Assembly: GCA_023266875.1 (NCBI GenBank) | Contig: JAHFOJ010000001.1 | Coordinates: 12,851 to 76,850, forward strand | Source: Candidatus Giovannonibacteria bacterium | GTDB taxonomy: Bacteria; Patescibacteriota; Minisyncoccia; JACPKW01; UBA11713 | DNA length: 64,000 nt | Direction: 5' to 3' | Notes under the pieces: generated by a model | Seen by the model: the letters and a program-made list of their open reading frames with translations, nothing else | What the model was told of the DNA's origin: nothing | Database searches by the model: none | Part shown: in pieces, positions 22,283-31,823 of the stretch | Layout of the letters: every line of letters begins with the position of its first letter | How positions within the stretch are numbered: the stretch's first letter is position 1 | Position numbers and translations under genes: made by a program

Positions 22283-24514
22283 CTATTTTTTGCCCCTCGC
22301 ATCTTCTATACTCGCTTCAAATTTTGAAACTTCATCCTTTAAACTGTGGTCAAGCGCCAGCGCCTCATGGGCAAAATCCAAAGCTTTATCATAACTTCCC
22401 GAATCGGCGTAAATTTCAGCGAGGGAAAGAGTCGAACTTACACTCTTAGAAGCCCGATATGATGTCTCGTAAAGAAAGGTGGCGATTGCTGGCAATTTTC
22501 TACTAAGCGCGAGTTTGCCTATGGTTTCAATTTCATCATTTTGAATAGCTACGCCCAATTCGTTGATATTAATCAGAGATTTTCTAACCCCCTGTTCGTC
22601 TCCCATAAAAACATACGCCATCATAATAGTTTTCCAAAATGCCCATGACTTGGCCTTATAGCGCTCCAAATCCGCTAAAATCGACGAAGCATTTTCTTTA
22701 TCGCCTCTTGCCAAATAGAGCTCGATTAAACCGATTTTCACCGGAACATAATCAGGTGCCAAAGATACAGCATTTTTATATTCATCTAAAGCTTCTTTGT
22801 AACCATTGCCGGTAAGTGAATAATACTGCTCAAGCAGGCGCGCGAGAAAAATATGATGCTTAGGGCTAAAATGCGCCGCTACTTCCTTCTTCATTTCGCT
22901 AATTGTTAAATTCATGAGCTCTAAAATTTCCTCGGGTTTTAGAGAAGTTTTTGTGGTCACAACTGTATTTGTAAGATTGGTCAATTGCTCCCGCCCTTCA
23001 CGCTGGCCGAACGTGCCCTCACTAAGAACTGACTTGAATTTGCCTAAGACATCGGAAAAATTCACGCCCTCGGAAGTCGTGCTCATGGTATTAATCAAAT
23101 TATAAGCCACGCTTATCGGCTTCGCGTTAATCCAGACCGCTAAAACCAGACCAAAAATAATAGCCGTCGCCGGCGCAATAATTTCCTTTGTGCTGTTGCC
23201 TATTTTCACTCTTAAAGAACTTAGTGTTCCAGTATTCTCTCTCGAAGCCACATAGCCTAAAAACGAAATAAAAATGAGATGCGAGGTGATATTGTCAAAA
23301 ACAAATAGATTTTGAATAAGATACGACACCACAAGCCCTATAGCCAAGATCCCTTCGTTTTTAGTCAACTTTCCCGCTCTCCAAAGTTTTACGAGAGTCC
23401 AAAAAATAATCGCGAATAATGCGAGATACGCTAGCCCTCCGAGAATTCCAGCGGAGACAAACCAATCCAGAACCACATTATGAGTCCGGTCAAACCACGG
23501 CTCGTTTCCAAAAAGGCTCGGAATGTAATGCTCGGCGTAAGGAATCTGAAAATTTTCAAGACCCCATCCAAGAAGCGGCCTATCTTTGACCGCAGAAAGG
23601 CCAATCTTCCAAATCATTACCCGTGAAACCGCGGTCGGCTCCGAAAAAGAAATCGAAGCCAGAGTTGAAATTCCCGGAATATTTTTAGCGATAAGAACGT
23701 CATGGTATTTATAAATCATAAATGCAGAAAAAAGAGATACGGCTATAAGAATTCCAGCCGCAATTTTTATCTTCTTGGATTTATTAAACAGGATGAAGAG
23801 TAAAAGCATTATCAAAAAGCCAGCCCCAAATCCGACTAAAGCGCCGCGCGTTTGGGAAAATAACAGAACAATGGTATCAAGGATAAAAGCTACACCAAGA
23901 ATAATTTTAAGCCAGAGCTTCTTTGACTTAAGAAGTGCCCAGCAAATGAAAAATAGATGAAACAATAGATAAATCGCAAGATATATCGAATTGCCTAAAG
24001 TGGAAAAAATTCTCCCGCCGCCTGTTAAACTTGAAATCGCGCCAGTCTTTTCAAGCAAGCCGTAAAAACTAACAATTACACTTGTCGCGAGAGAGACAAA
24101 AAATAAGACAGTCCAATCCCGATCCTTTTTCATGACAGACGAAAGAACCAAAAACAGAAGGAATAAATGCAAATAAGTTATAAGCCCTTCCATCCGCTCA
24201 AAATTGGACCAGAAACTTCGGTATGGATCAGCGCTAAATACAGTTGAAAGCGATGCAATTGCTATTAAAGCAAATAGCGCCCAAAAAATCATGGTGCGCC
24301 GCGGACGATATTCCTGATTCAAAATAGCGACACTTATCCAAAGGGCGCCAATTATTTCAACTACAATTCTGAAAATAAAATTCTTCCCGCTTATAAATGG
24401 AAAATAAAGCGAAGATGAAATAACAAGAGCAATTAAAGGCAAAATAAAAATTCCTCCTTTAATTATCAGGAGAAAAACCCTCTCAAGCGTCCAAGCATCC
24501 GGTCTTGATGACAT
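22283..24514 (-). CDS. O-antigen ligase-like (Wzy_C) membrane protein with C-terminal TPR domain; tandem paralog of 19970..22282
   Basis: 743 aa with the same architecture. Motif GWGLENF...WFDRTHNVVLD. Start abuts the stop of the downstream paralog. Confidence 0.7.
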   Translation of the reverse strand: MSSRPDAWTLERVFLLIIKGGIFILPLIALVISSSLYFPFISGKNFIFRIVVEIIGALWISVAILNQEYRPRRTMIFWALFALIAIASLSTVFSADPYRSFWSNFERMEGLITYLHLFLLFLVLSSVMKKDRDWTVLFFVSLATSVIVSFYGLLEKTGAISSLTGGGRIFSTLGNSIYLAIYLLFHLFFICWALLKSKKLWLKIILGVAFILDTIVLLFSQTRGALVGFGAGFLIMLLLFILFNKSKKIKIAAGILIAVSLFSAFMIYKYHDVLIAKNIPGISTLASISFSEPTAVSRVMIWKIGLSAVKDRPLLGWGLENFQIPYAEHYIPSLFGNEPWFDRTHNVVLDWFVSAGILGGLAYLALFAIIFWTLVKLWRAGKLTKNEGILAIGLVVSYLIQNLFVFDNITSHLIFISFLGYVASRENTGTLSSLRVKIGNSTKEIIAPATAIIFGLVLAVWINAKPISVAYNLINTMSTTSEGVNFSDVLGKFKSVLSEGTFGQREGREQLTNLTNTVVTTKTSLKPEEILELMNLTISEMKKEVAAHFSPKHHIFLARLLEQYYSLTGNGYKEALDEYKNAVSLAPDYVPVKIGLIELYLARGDKENASSILADLERYKAKSWAFWKTIMMAYVFMGDEQGVRKSLININELGVAIQNDEIETIGKLALSRKLPAIATFLYETSYRASKSVSSTLSLAEIYADSGSYDKALDFAHEALALDHSLKDEVSKFEASIEDARGKK

Positions 24515-24529
24515 AATCAGCTAATCTTA

Positions 24530-25369
24530 CTACTTGGCACCTGTCGAATCAAATTTACGCAGTATTGGCAATGCTTCAGAGATTGTTGTGAATTTTGAAT
24601 ATCTTAAGAGATTCTCAAAACGTTTCCGCGCTCTAGCATTCCCCCAATAATTTATAACGCGCGACATAAGCCGCGCCTCCGGCGAACTTTTCTCTAAATC
24701 CAAATCACGCATATGAAAGTAGTAGACAATCGGACAACCAGAAACATTCCAAAAATATTCCAATATTTTTCGCTCCCAATCCGCAAGATACCTAAAATAA
24801 GCGCCTCCGGAAAATGGAATATTTTTTATGAATCTTGCTGTCGGAACAGGTATTTCAAGAATTTTTCCATGTTTGGTTCCGCGAAAATGAGGGAAACGAG
24901 GTGCATGGTTATCGCCATAAAGTGGTGTCTTAAGGGGAAACAAGCTTGATGAATATTCGAATCCAACGCGCTTCAAAATTTCCCAGAACCGCGGAGTTTG
25001 CTTCGCTGACACAGACCACGACGGAGCGCGATAACCAATTACCTTTTCTCCCGATATGGATTCGAGCATTTTTTTGCCAATCGAAATGTCCGCGTCAAAT
25101 TCCGATTCGCTCATATTATAAACAAGTTTGTGCGACATTCCATGAAACGCCAGCTCGTGGCCGGCATTCGCTACCCGCCGAATCAAATCTTTATTCGGCT
25201 CTATAAGATCCCCAACAATGAAAAACGTGGCTTTGGCTTTGCTATCCGTCAGCATTTTGAGAATCGAGTCGAGGCCGCGCGCTAATCCCGCCGGGTCAGA
25301 AGCAATATTTTGCCCCCCAAAATTCATGTGCCGCGCCTCTTCAATATCAAAAGTCAGAATATTGGGCAT
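24530..25369 (-). CDS. Polysaccharide deacetylase (NodB homology domain)
   Basis: 279 aa. ...FDIEE...TFFIVG...GHELAFHGMSH... fits the NodB metal-binding motif pattern. Confidence 0.65.
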   Translation of the reverse strand: MPNILTFDIEEARHMNFGGQNIASDPAGLARGLDSILKMLTDSKAKATFFIVGDLIEPNKDLIRRVANAGHELAFHGMSHKLVYNMSESEFDADISIGKKMLESISGEKVIGYRAPSWSVSAKQTPRFWEILKRVGFEYSSSLFPLKTPLYGDNHAPRFPHFRGTKHGKILEIPVPTARFIKNIPFSGGAYFRYLADWERKILEYFWNVSGCPIVYYFHMRDLDLEKSSPEARLMSRVINYWGNARARKRFENLLRYSKFTTISEALPILRKFDSTGAK

Positions 25370-25400
25370 TATTTCTATTCTACCTTGCTGATGATAAAAT

Positions 25401-26723
25401 ATGACAATGCATAAGTTCGTGGTAAATTATCGCAAAGAGTTAATAATTTTTTTTATTGCGCTTGCGGCACGGTTATTTTTTTTCGCTTTCTTCTACCCAG
25501 CATTTGGCCACGATAATTTTATCAAAGGTGATGCCATCGAATATTTGAATATTGCCCAGAATATTTGGCAAACCGGCACTTTCTCAAATCTGACGCCGCC
25601 TTCAAGCGTGCCCACAATTTCAGACGGACCGCTCTACCCACTTTTTTTGCTATTAACCGGCTCTCGATTTCATTTTATGTTTCCGCTAATATTCCAGCTT
25701 TTCATAGGTGCACTGACAGCTGTGCTAGTCTATAAGTTAAGCATGCGCGCAGGCCTCAAAAAGAGCGCTTGGCTGGCCTCATCTTTTTTTGTCCTCGAAC
25801 CGGGAATCCTTTTTTTTACATCTCAAATTTTTACGGAAACCTTGTTTCTATTCTTTTTTCTTTTAGGCCTTTATTATATTTCGGATTCGGAACTGCGGAC
25901 AAAACACGTAGCCCTTGCCGCGTTTTTTTTGGCCCTTGCCACACTCGCCCGATCGATTGCGCTTTATTCCTCGTTCGTTTTGTTGATATACATCATCGTA
26001 GTGTCTCTCTTTAAAAAAGAGGCATTACGCCCCATTGTCTTTAAAACTTTCGCATTCGCCGGAATTTTCCTTATAATCATTTCCCCATGGGTCGTAAGAA
26101 ACAAAAAATCATTCAATATCTATACCATAAGTTCAGGAGAGGAAATCTCCCTTGCCGCATATGCAATCCCAGCATATTTTTCATGGCATGACCGCATAGG
26201 ATTTCACGATGCCCAAATTAAAGTACAAACAGATTACGCCGCGCGCGGCATCTATGAAGATTTCGACCGCGGAACAAATTTCAACATTAGAAAAGAATTT
26301 CTGAAAATAGTCTCCTCTGATCCAGCCGGATACATCTGGAGCCAAATCCGTTTTTCCCCTGAGTTCTTTATTTCAAGCGGATGGCAAAGCATCGTGGACG
26401 CATTCCAAAAAAAGAGATTAGAAGTTCCACGTTTCGGCGAAATGCCAGCGCCATCGGCCGCACGGATCTTAGGTTCTGGCTTTTGGCTTGTTCTTACGCT
26501 TCTTGCGCTTGCGGGGATCCTGCGCACTCTAAATGCAGAAAAGAATAATCGCATTCTCTACATTTTATTCGCGCTAATTATTTTTGAATTCGCCTTCCTG
26601 ACAGGCTCATTAGCCCACTCACGCTATCGCTTCCCGGTAAATCCAATTATATTTCTATTCGCCGCTAACGCTATCTATGAAATAAAAACACTATTTCCAG
26701 GCAAGGAGCAAAATGCCGCTTAA
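25401..26723 (+). CDS. GT-C fold membrane glycosyltransferase (ArnT/PMT-like, GT39/83-type)
   Basis: 440 aa. Multi-TM. N-terminal periplasmic-loop motif (F..GHDNFIKGDAIEYLNIAQNI) typical of ArnT/PMT2-family enzymes. Confidence 0.6.
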   Translation: MTMHKFVVNYRKELIIFFIALAARLFFFAFFYPAFGHDNFIKGDAIEYLNIAQNIWQTGTFSNLTPPSSVPTISDGPLYPLFLLLTGSRFHFMFPLIFQLFIGALTAVLVYKLSMRAGLKKSAWLASSFFVLEPGILFFTSQIFTETLFLFFFLLGLYYISDSELRTKHVALAAFFLALATLARSIALYSSFVLLIYIIVVSLFKKEALRPIVFKTFAFAGIFLIIISPWVVRNKKSFNIYTISSGEEISLAAYAIPAYFSWHDRIGFHDAQIKVQTDYAARGIYEDFDRGTNFNIRKEFLKIVSSDPAGYIWSQIRFSPEFFISSGWQSIVDAFQKKRLEVPRFGEMPAPSAARILGSGFWLVLTLLALAGILRTLNAEKNNRILYILFALIIFEFAFLTGSLAHSRYRFPVNPIIFLFAANAIYEIKTLFPGKEQNAA

Positions 26724-27050
26724 GATAAGAAAAGTCGCGGCAGCCTTTATGATGGTTATCTCTTCTCCAAAAATAAAGTGCGATAATAATATCACCAAAA
26801 TAAGCACGCTTGCAGTTACGAATGGGAATGCAAAACTAACATCAGTTCGGGAGTTAATAAAAAACCAGAGCGCAAACGCCAGGCCATACACAATAAGTGT
26901 TATCCAAACATAGCCGTTCTTTAGCAATAAAAAAATAAAATCTATGACGTTTGCAAATTGGTACCCCGTGAATTTTGAAGCCCCCTTTTTAAGCAATATC
27001 TGCCCAAGCGTTAAGAGCCCAGCCATCAAAAAAAGAAGCGAATAAATCAT
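26691..27050 (-). CDS. Small 4-TM EamA/SMR-like protein (ArnE/ArnF-like undecaprenyl-P-sugar flippase subunit)
   Basis: 119 aa. Four predicted TM helices. Sits beside GT-C and GT2 genes, as arnE/arnF do. Confidence 0.5.
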   Translation of the reverse strand: MIYSLLFLMAGLLTLGQILLKKGASKFTGYQFANVIDFIFLLLKNGYVWITLIVYGLAFALWFFINSRTDVSFAFPFVTASVLILVILLSHFIFGEEITIIKAAATFLILSGILLLAWK

Positions 27051-27058
27051 AGAAGATA

Positions 27059-28078
27059 TTATAGACCTATTTGCGAATTAATTTTAGGACCGAGGGCTTT
27101 AATTACGAACGAAGGCAATAATCTCCAAACCGAGGAGGCTATTTTAAATAAGCGACTTTCGGGATCCGGCGGATTAATTTTCTTTCCATAAAAATAGAAT
27201 GCGTCAGTCAAGGGCATTTCTTCGGCGCCCCAACCACTTTTCGCAAAATATATGTTCGTTCTTGGCCGAGTTCTCCCAAAATCTATCATCAAATAGCCGT
27301 TTCTCTTCCCCCATTTTATCAGTTCCCACATTAAAAATGTCTGCGGATCCAGCTTGCGAAAATCATTCGTGACGACACTAGACCAATGATAAAGTTTTTT
27401 CTTATAACACATTACCGTGTAAGCTGCGACTTCTCGATTTTCAAATATAGCAAAAAACAACTTAAAAATTCCAACTGAATGCAATTCATCCCAAAGACAA
27501 TAAAAAAACTCTAAAGACTGCTGAGGTGACCCATGCCGCCTCATAGTCTCCAAGTAAATTGGATAAAAGAGTTTAAGATCTTCTCTCGCGCTAACTTCTT
27601 TAAAAATAAGTTTATTTTCGCGCTCTATTTTATGAATCTCGTTGCGGATATTTTTCCGCATTTGAGCTAATAGCGCGTCTTCGTCTCTGGCGATATCAAG
27701 CTCAAAAGTTACATATATTGACCGGCAAATAAAATGTAATTTTTCAAAAATATGTTTATGCGATTCCTGAACATCCCTTATCTCGATTGATCTGACATTC
27801 CTATCCTTTCCTTCTCGGATTGCCGTCCGAAGTAAATCCAATCGGTTCTCATTAGAAGACGCCAACGGCCCTCCATGATCCGCAAAAGGCATCGAGATTA
27901 GCCGATCCCCAAAAATAAAACTTTTTATAAAAACCAATGGCAATACTCCGCCATCTTCGATATAGATGGGTTCAATTCCAGCTGTACGGCAAATCTCGCC
28001 CCATTCCCATAAATGATATGGAGCTGACCCTAGATTTGAATTGACTAGTTCATTCCACTTTATCCGATCGATCGCCAT
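27059..28078 (-). CDS. FemAB-family (GNAT-fold) aminoacyl/acyl transferase-like protein
   Basis: 339 aa. ...LPLVFIKSFIFGDRLISMPFADHGGPL... and a C-terminal GNAT-like half resemble FemAB / exosortase-associated acyltransferases. Confidence 0.45.
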   Translation of the reverse strand: MAIDRIKWNELVNSNLGSAPYHLWEWGEICRTAGIEPIYIEDGGVLPLVFIKSFIFGDRLISMPFADHGGPLASSNENRLDLLRTAIREGKDRNVRSIEIRDVQESHKHIFEKLHFICRSIYVTFELDIARDEDALLAQMRKNIRNEIHKIERENKLIFKEVSAREDLKLFYPIYLETMRRHGSPQQSLEFFYCLWDELHSVGIFKLFFAIFENREVAAYTVMCYKKKLYHWSSVVTNDFRKLDPQTFLMWELIKWGKRNGYLMIDFGRTRPRTNIYFAKSGWGAEEMPLTDAFYFYGKKINPPDPESRLFKIASSVWRLLPSFVIKALGPKINSQIGL

Positions 28079-28397
28079 TGTGAAGCGCTATTTCGCGCAC
28101 TATCTTCGTAAGATTCTGCTCTAAACTTTCAATTTGCATCAAAAGTTTAAAAATAACATAAAAAATAAGCAAAATCGCAATAAAAAACGCGGCATCAGTC
28201 CCACGCGAAACACCTAAAAAAACTGCGACGACATCAGAAAATGCCGGATGAAATACGACCACAATCACAATAAGCCAAAGAACAAACCACGCAGCAAGAC
28301 GCCTTAATGAAAGCGCCCCTCTGCGGTAAGAAGCAAATAAACTCGCAAGAGCGAGAAATGAAATAAGTGTTGCTAAAATTTGGATGTAACTAAGCAT
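28050..28397 (-). CDS. Small 2-3 TM membrane protein (DUF2304-like, GT2-associated)
   Basis: 115 aa. Hydrophobic N-terminal two thirds. Typical partner of GT2 genes. Family name is from memory. Confidence 0.4.
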   Translation of the reverse strand: MLSYIQILATLISFLALASLFASYRRGALSLRRLAAWFVLWLIVIVVVFHPAFSDVVAVFLGVSRGTDAAFFIAILLIFYVIFKLLMQIESLEQNLTKIVREIALHNGDRSDKVE

Positions 28398-28506
28398 ATT
28401 TTTCTATCTTAATTTATTATCGCGAACAAACCGATCGCAAATGTGATTAAATTAATATAATCTAGCCCAATCATCTAAATATAGAATAGCATGAAATTAT
28501 TATTTT

Positions 28507-30939
28507 ATGAATAGATTATTGCTAGACATTGTGCTAGACTTTCGGGATATAATGAATCGAAAAACTTGCTATAAAATCGCCGCAGTCATTATTGTCGGAG
28601 CAAGCCTGACCGCGTTCGCATATTATAGCTTGAACGCCAAAGATCAGTTAATCCGCTCCCCCTTTTACCAGTATTTTCTGCACACATTCCGTTCATTTAG
28701 AAAACTGGCGGACATACCATATCTTATCTATAAACCGATCCCAGATAATCTTCCGGTCTATGAACTTGCGCTTTCGACAAAAGATATAGCAGAACTTGAC
28801 CGCGCGCTTCCGCAAGATCCGATAAAAGGGCGCCTGACCGATGAATACAAAACTGAAGTTAAGGCGTATTTCCGGTCTGGAGATTATTTGGAGCAAGTTA
28901 AGGTAAGATATCGCGGCTGGGAACCAAACCACTGGAACGCGATGAAAAAATCATATTTTATTAAATTTTCCAGCGAAGCGCCTTTCAACGGCTACAAAGA
29001 AATTTCATTTATAATCCCTGAAGATAGATCTTACGGCGCTGAAGCTCTTAATATATATCGCGCTCAAAAACTTGGACTCTTCGCACCTAAAATATGGTTT
29101 GCGCATATAAAGCTAAATGGGCAAGACATGGGAGTTTACCTTGCCATCCCGCATTGGTATAGAAATCTTCTTGAAACAAATAAAATACAGGACGCTTCCA
29201 ATATTTTCGTAACTAAAGACCTTTCTCTCCAAGATCAGAAACAGGTAGATTTTTTTGATCCAAAAAATATAGATTTATGGAAAGACGCGGTAAGCAACAC
29301 TGACACAAATCCACAGGGAGCGGCGGAGCTTAAAAATTTCCTTGAGCTTTTATATAACGCCCCTGAAGCGATTCTTGAGAAAACAGCCCCAATAGCGATT
29401 AATATGGATGACTTTTATTCTTGGATGATTTTAAACTCTCTCACTTCCTCCAGCCACCAAAACAAAAATAATAATAGCATTTTCTTAAGAAACTCTATAG
29501 ATAATAAATTCTCGCCAATCCCTTGGGATGTTGGCATATTTAAGCCCGGCCCTGTCAGGCTTGATTTAAATATTCTCGCCGGGCGGATATTATCTATACC
29601 AGTTTTTCGAGATGAATATCTAAAACGGCTCAGCGGATATGTTTCAAACCCAGGCAACTTGAGAGATGATTTGGCTTATTATGACAAAATAACAGCTGAA
29701 ATAAAAATTCCGCTTTATAAGGATCTAGCTAAATTGCCCCTAAATTATCAAGTCGGGAAAGATATTTCTAAATATCGAAAAATGATTGAACAAAACTTTA
29801 ATTATGTAAAAGACACTCTGGTCTCCGGTAATACAAATGAATTATTTCAAGGATCAGCCCAAGTTAACATAAATCCAGACTATAAATTACCTCCATTTTA
29901 TGAAGCGGCATCCGCGGCTTTAGCAACATTTCTCGCTCTGCATCCGCAATTTTATCCCCAAGACGAAGACACGGTTGCAATCGGGCCAGGCAGTTACACA
30001 ATTTCAGAAGATGTAGTGGTGCCAGCAAAATATTCGCTTGACATCAAACCCGGAACGACACTTTTTATTAACGGGGGGGCTTCCATCATTTCTTGGAACA
30101 AGCTTACGGCTCAAGGCAAGCCTGATGCGCTCATTACTATTAAAAAAGCCAATGAAAAACCTTGGGGGAATATTTTGATAATAGGGGCACCGAACGAGAC
30201 GAGCATTTTAAAATTCGTGAATATATCCGGCGGATCAGGATTCCACAAATACGGCATAACTCAAACCGGCATGCTGGCGTTCGCCGCCAAAGGTCAAAAC
30301 GTGGTTGTTAAAAATAGTTCTTTTAATAATTCTTATGACGATGATGAGTTAAATATTAAATATGGGAATGTCTTGATCGAAAATAATACTTTCAATGATT
30401 CATATTCTGATGCGATCGATCTTGACGTATCCACCGGCATCGTTCGAGGAAATACATTCACTGAGCTTGGCTTCCGGCAAACCGATAAGCCGCCGATCTT
30501 GGACGGCGATGGAATAGATATTAGTTTTTCAAAAATTGAAATCTCCTATAATGTAGTTTTGAACTGTGCCGATAAGGGACTATCTCTCGGCGAGGTCTCT
30601 GAACCAACGGCGCACGATAATTTTATCTACGATTGTAATTTTGGCGCTGCGGTCAAAGACCGCTCGCAAGCGCACATGGATCGTAATTACTTCATTGCAA
30701 ATCGCACGAGCGGAGTCGATATCAAGGAGAAAAAATCGCTCTATGGACCAGGCCAAGCGTGGGTAACCAACTCGCTGTTTTGGAAAAACAAACAAGATAT
30801 CTCGATTGAAAATAATTCCAATCTCGCCGAAAGCACAAATAATATTCTGGGCATCATTCCTTCTTCAACTCTAGATTTTAAAATAATTCTTCCTCCAGAA
30901 TTTTATAGAATATTTGAAACGCTGAATATTTCAAAATGA
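28507..30939 (+). CDS. Membrane-anchored CotH-family atypical kinase fused to a C-terminal right-handed parallel beta-helix domain
   Basis: 810 aa. N-terminal signal-anchor helix. CotH-like core (...LNIYRAQKLGLFAPKIWFAHIKLNGQDMGVYLAIPHW...DDFYSWMILNS...PIPWDVGIF). C-terminus has repeated NxxxxN/beta-helix rungs (VVKNSSFNNS, VLIENNTFNDS, IVRGNTFTE...). Confidence 0.65.
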   Translation: MNRLLLDIVLDFRDIMNRKTCYKIAAVIIVGASLTAFAYYSLNAKDQLIRSPFYQYFLHTFRSFRKLADIPYLIYKPIPDNLPVYELALSTKDIAELDRALPQDPIKGRLTDEYKTEVKAYFRSGDYLEQVKVRYRGWEPNHWNAMKKSYFIKFSSEAPFNGYKEISFIIPEDRSYGAEALNIYRAQKLGLFAPKIWFAHIKLNGQDMGVYLAIPHWYRNLLETNKIQDASNIFVTKDLSLQDQKQVDFFDPKNIDLWKDAVSNTDTNPQGAAELKNFLELLYNAPEAILEKTAPIAINMDDFYSWMILNSLTSSSHQNKNNNSIFLRNSIDNKFSPIPWDVGIFKPGPVRLDLNILAGRILSIPVFRDEYLKRLSGYVSNPGNLRDDLAYYDKITAEIKIPLYKDLAKLPLNYQVGKDISKYRKMIEQNFNYVKDTLVSGNTNELFQGSAQVNINPDYKLPPFYEAASAALATFLALHPQFYPQDEDTVAIGPGSYTISEDVVVPAKYSLDIKPGTTLFINGGASIISWNKLTAQGKPDALITIKKANEKPWGNILIIGAPNETSILKFVNISGGSGFHKYGITQTGMLAFAAKGQNVVVKNSSFNNSYDDDELNIKYGNVLIENNTFNDSYSDAIDLDVSTGIVRGNTFTELGFRQTDKPPILDGDGIDISFSKIEISYNVVLNCADKGLSLGEVSEPTAHDNFIYDCNFGAAVKDRSQAHMDRNYFIANRTSGVDIKEKKSLYGPGQAWVTNSLFWKNKQDISIENNSNLAESTNNILGIIPSSTLDFKIILPPEFYRIFETLNISK

Positions 30940-31676
30940 TAAATACATTCTATCGTTTCGAATTTAAATATCATATCTCGCGTCAACTTGCCCTCATTTT
31001 AGAAAGCGAGCTTAAACATTTTGGGATGAAGCCTGACGCATATGCCCAAAAAACCGAAACGAAATCATACATAGTAAACAGTCTTTATTTTGATTCGCTT
31101 TTGATGGACGATTATTTTGACAAAACCGGAGGATTTTTGGAGAGAAAGAAAATTAGAGCAAGAATTTATGAACCGTTTATCAAAGACTCAACCGTTGTCT
31201 GGCTTGAGATGAAAATGAAACACGATATCGCTGTTCGGAAAGAACGCGTTTCGCTGACACTCCCAGAGTGGTCGCTTCTACAAAAAAGCGAAAATTATTC
31301 AAAAGTCGCTGGACTCAAAGATCCGGAAGAAAGGAGAGTATTTGAAAATATCGCTTTCAGAATTATTGGAGACAATATGCGCCCGCAGGCTGTTATACGG
31401 TACGAACGAAAACCTTTGGTTTACAGGCACGTCGAAGAAGTGAGAGTAACGTTCGACTGGAATTTGGAAACTTGCCGAGCTGATAATTTAGGCTATAATC
31501 CAGTTTATTCGCTCTTTCTGCCGCGCGACCAAGTTATTATGGAATTAAAATTTCAAACCCTGTTGCCCATATGGCTCCGAGATATAATTGGAAAATTCGG
31601 CCTGCGGCGTGATGCTTTTTCTAAGTATGGATATGGCCTTGAAGAGCTTAACCGCTATATTTCAATCCCGCGCTAA
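30936..31676 (+). CDS. VTC-domain protein (CYTH-like triphosphate-tunnel / polyphosphate-polymerase-like), soluble
   Basis: 246 aa. N-terminal YRFEFKY (the R.E.KY tunnel motif), with further K/R/E-rich strands. 4-nt overlap with the CotH gene. Confidence 0.6.
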   Translation: MINTFYRFEFKYHISRQLALILESELKHFGMKPDAYAQKTETKSYIVNSLYFDSLLMDDYFDKTGGFLERKKIRARIYEPFIKDSTVVWLEMKMKHDIAVRKERVSLTLPEWSLLQKSENYSKVAGLKDPEERRVFENIAFRIIGDNMRPQAVIRYERKPLVYRHVEEVRVTFDWNLETCRADNLGYNPVYSLFLPRDQVIMELKFQTLLPIWLRDIIGKFGLRRDAFSKYGYGLEELNRYISIPR

Positions 31677-31823
31677 AGCGTCGATTGATGAAAAATAATG
31701 ATAAAAAATGATAATCCAAATATATATTTCAGCTGTTGTAAAAAGTGGTGCGGGATATTCAATTGTTTAGATAAAATATTTATTGTAAACTTAATTTATT
31801 AACGTAATTTTATAAAAATTGGC

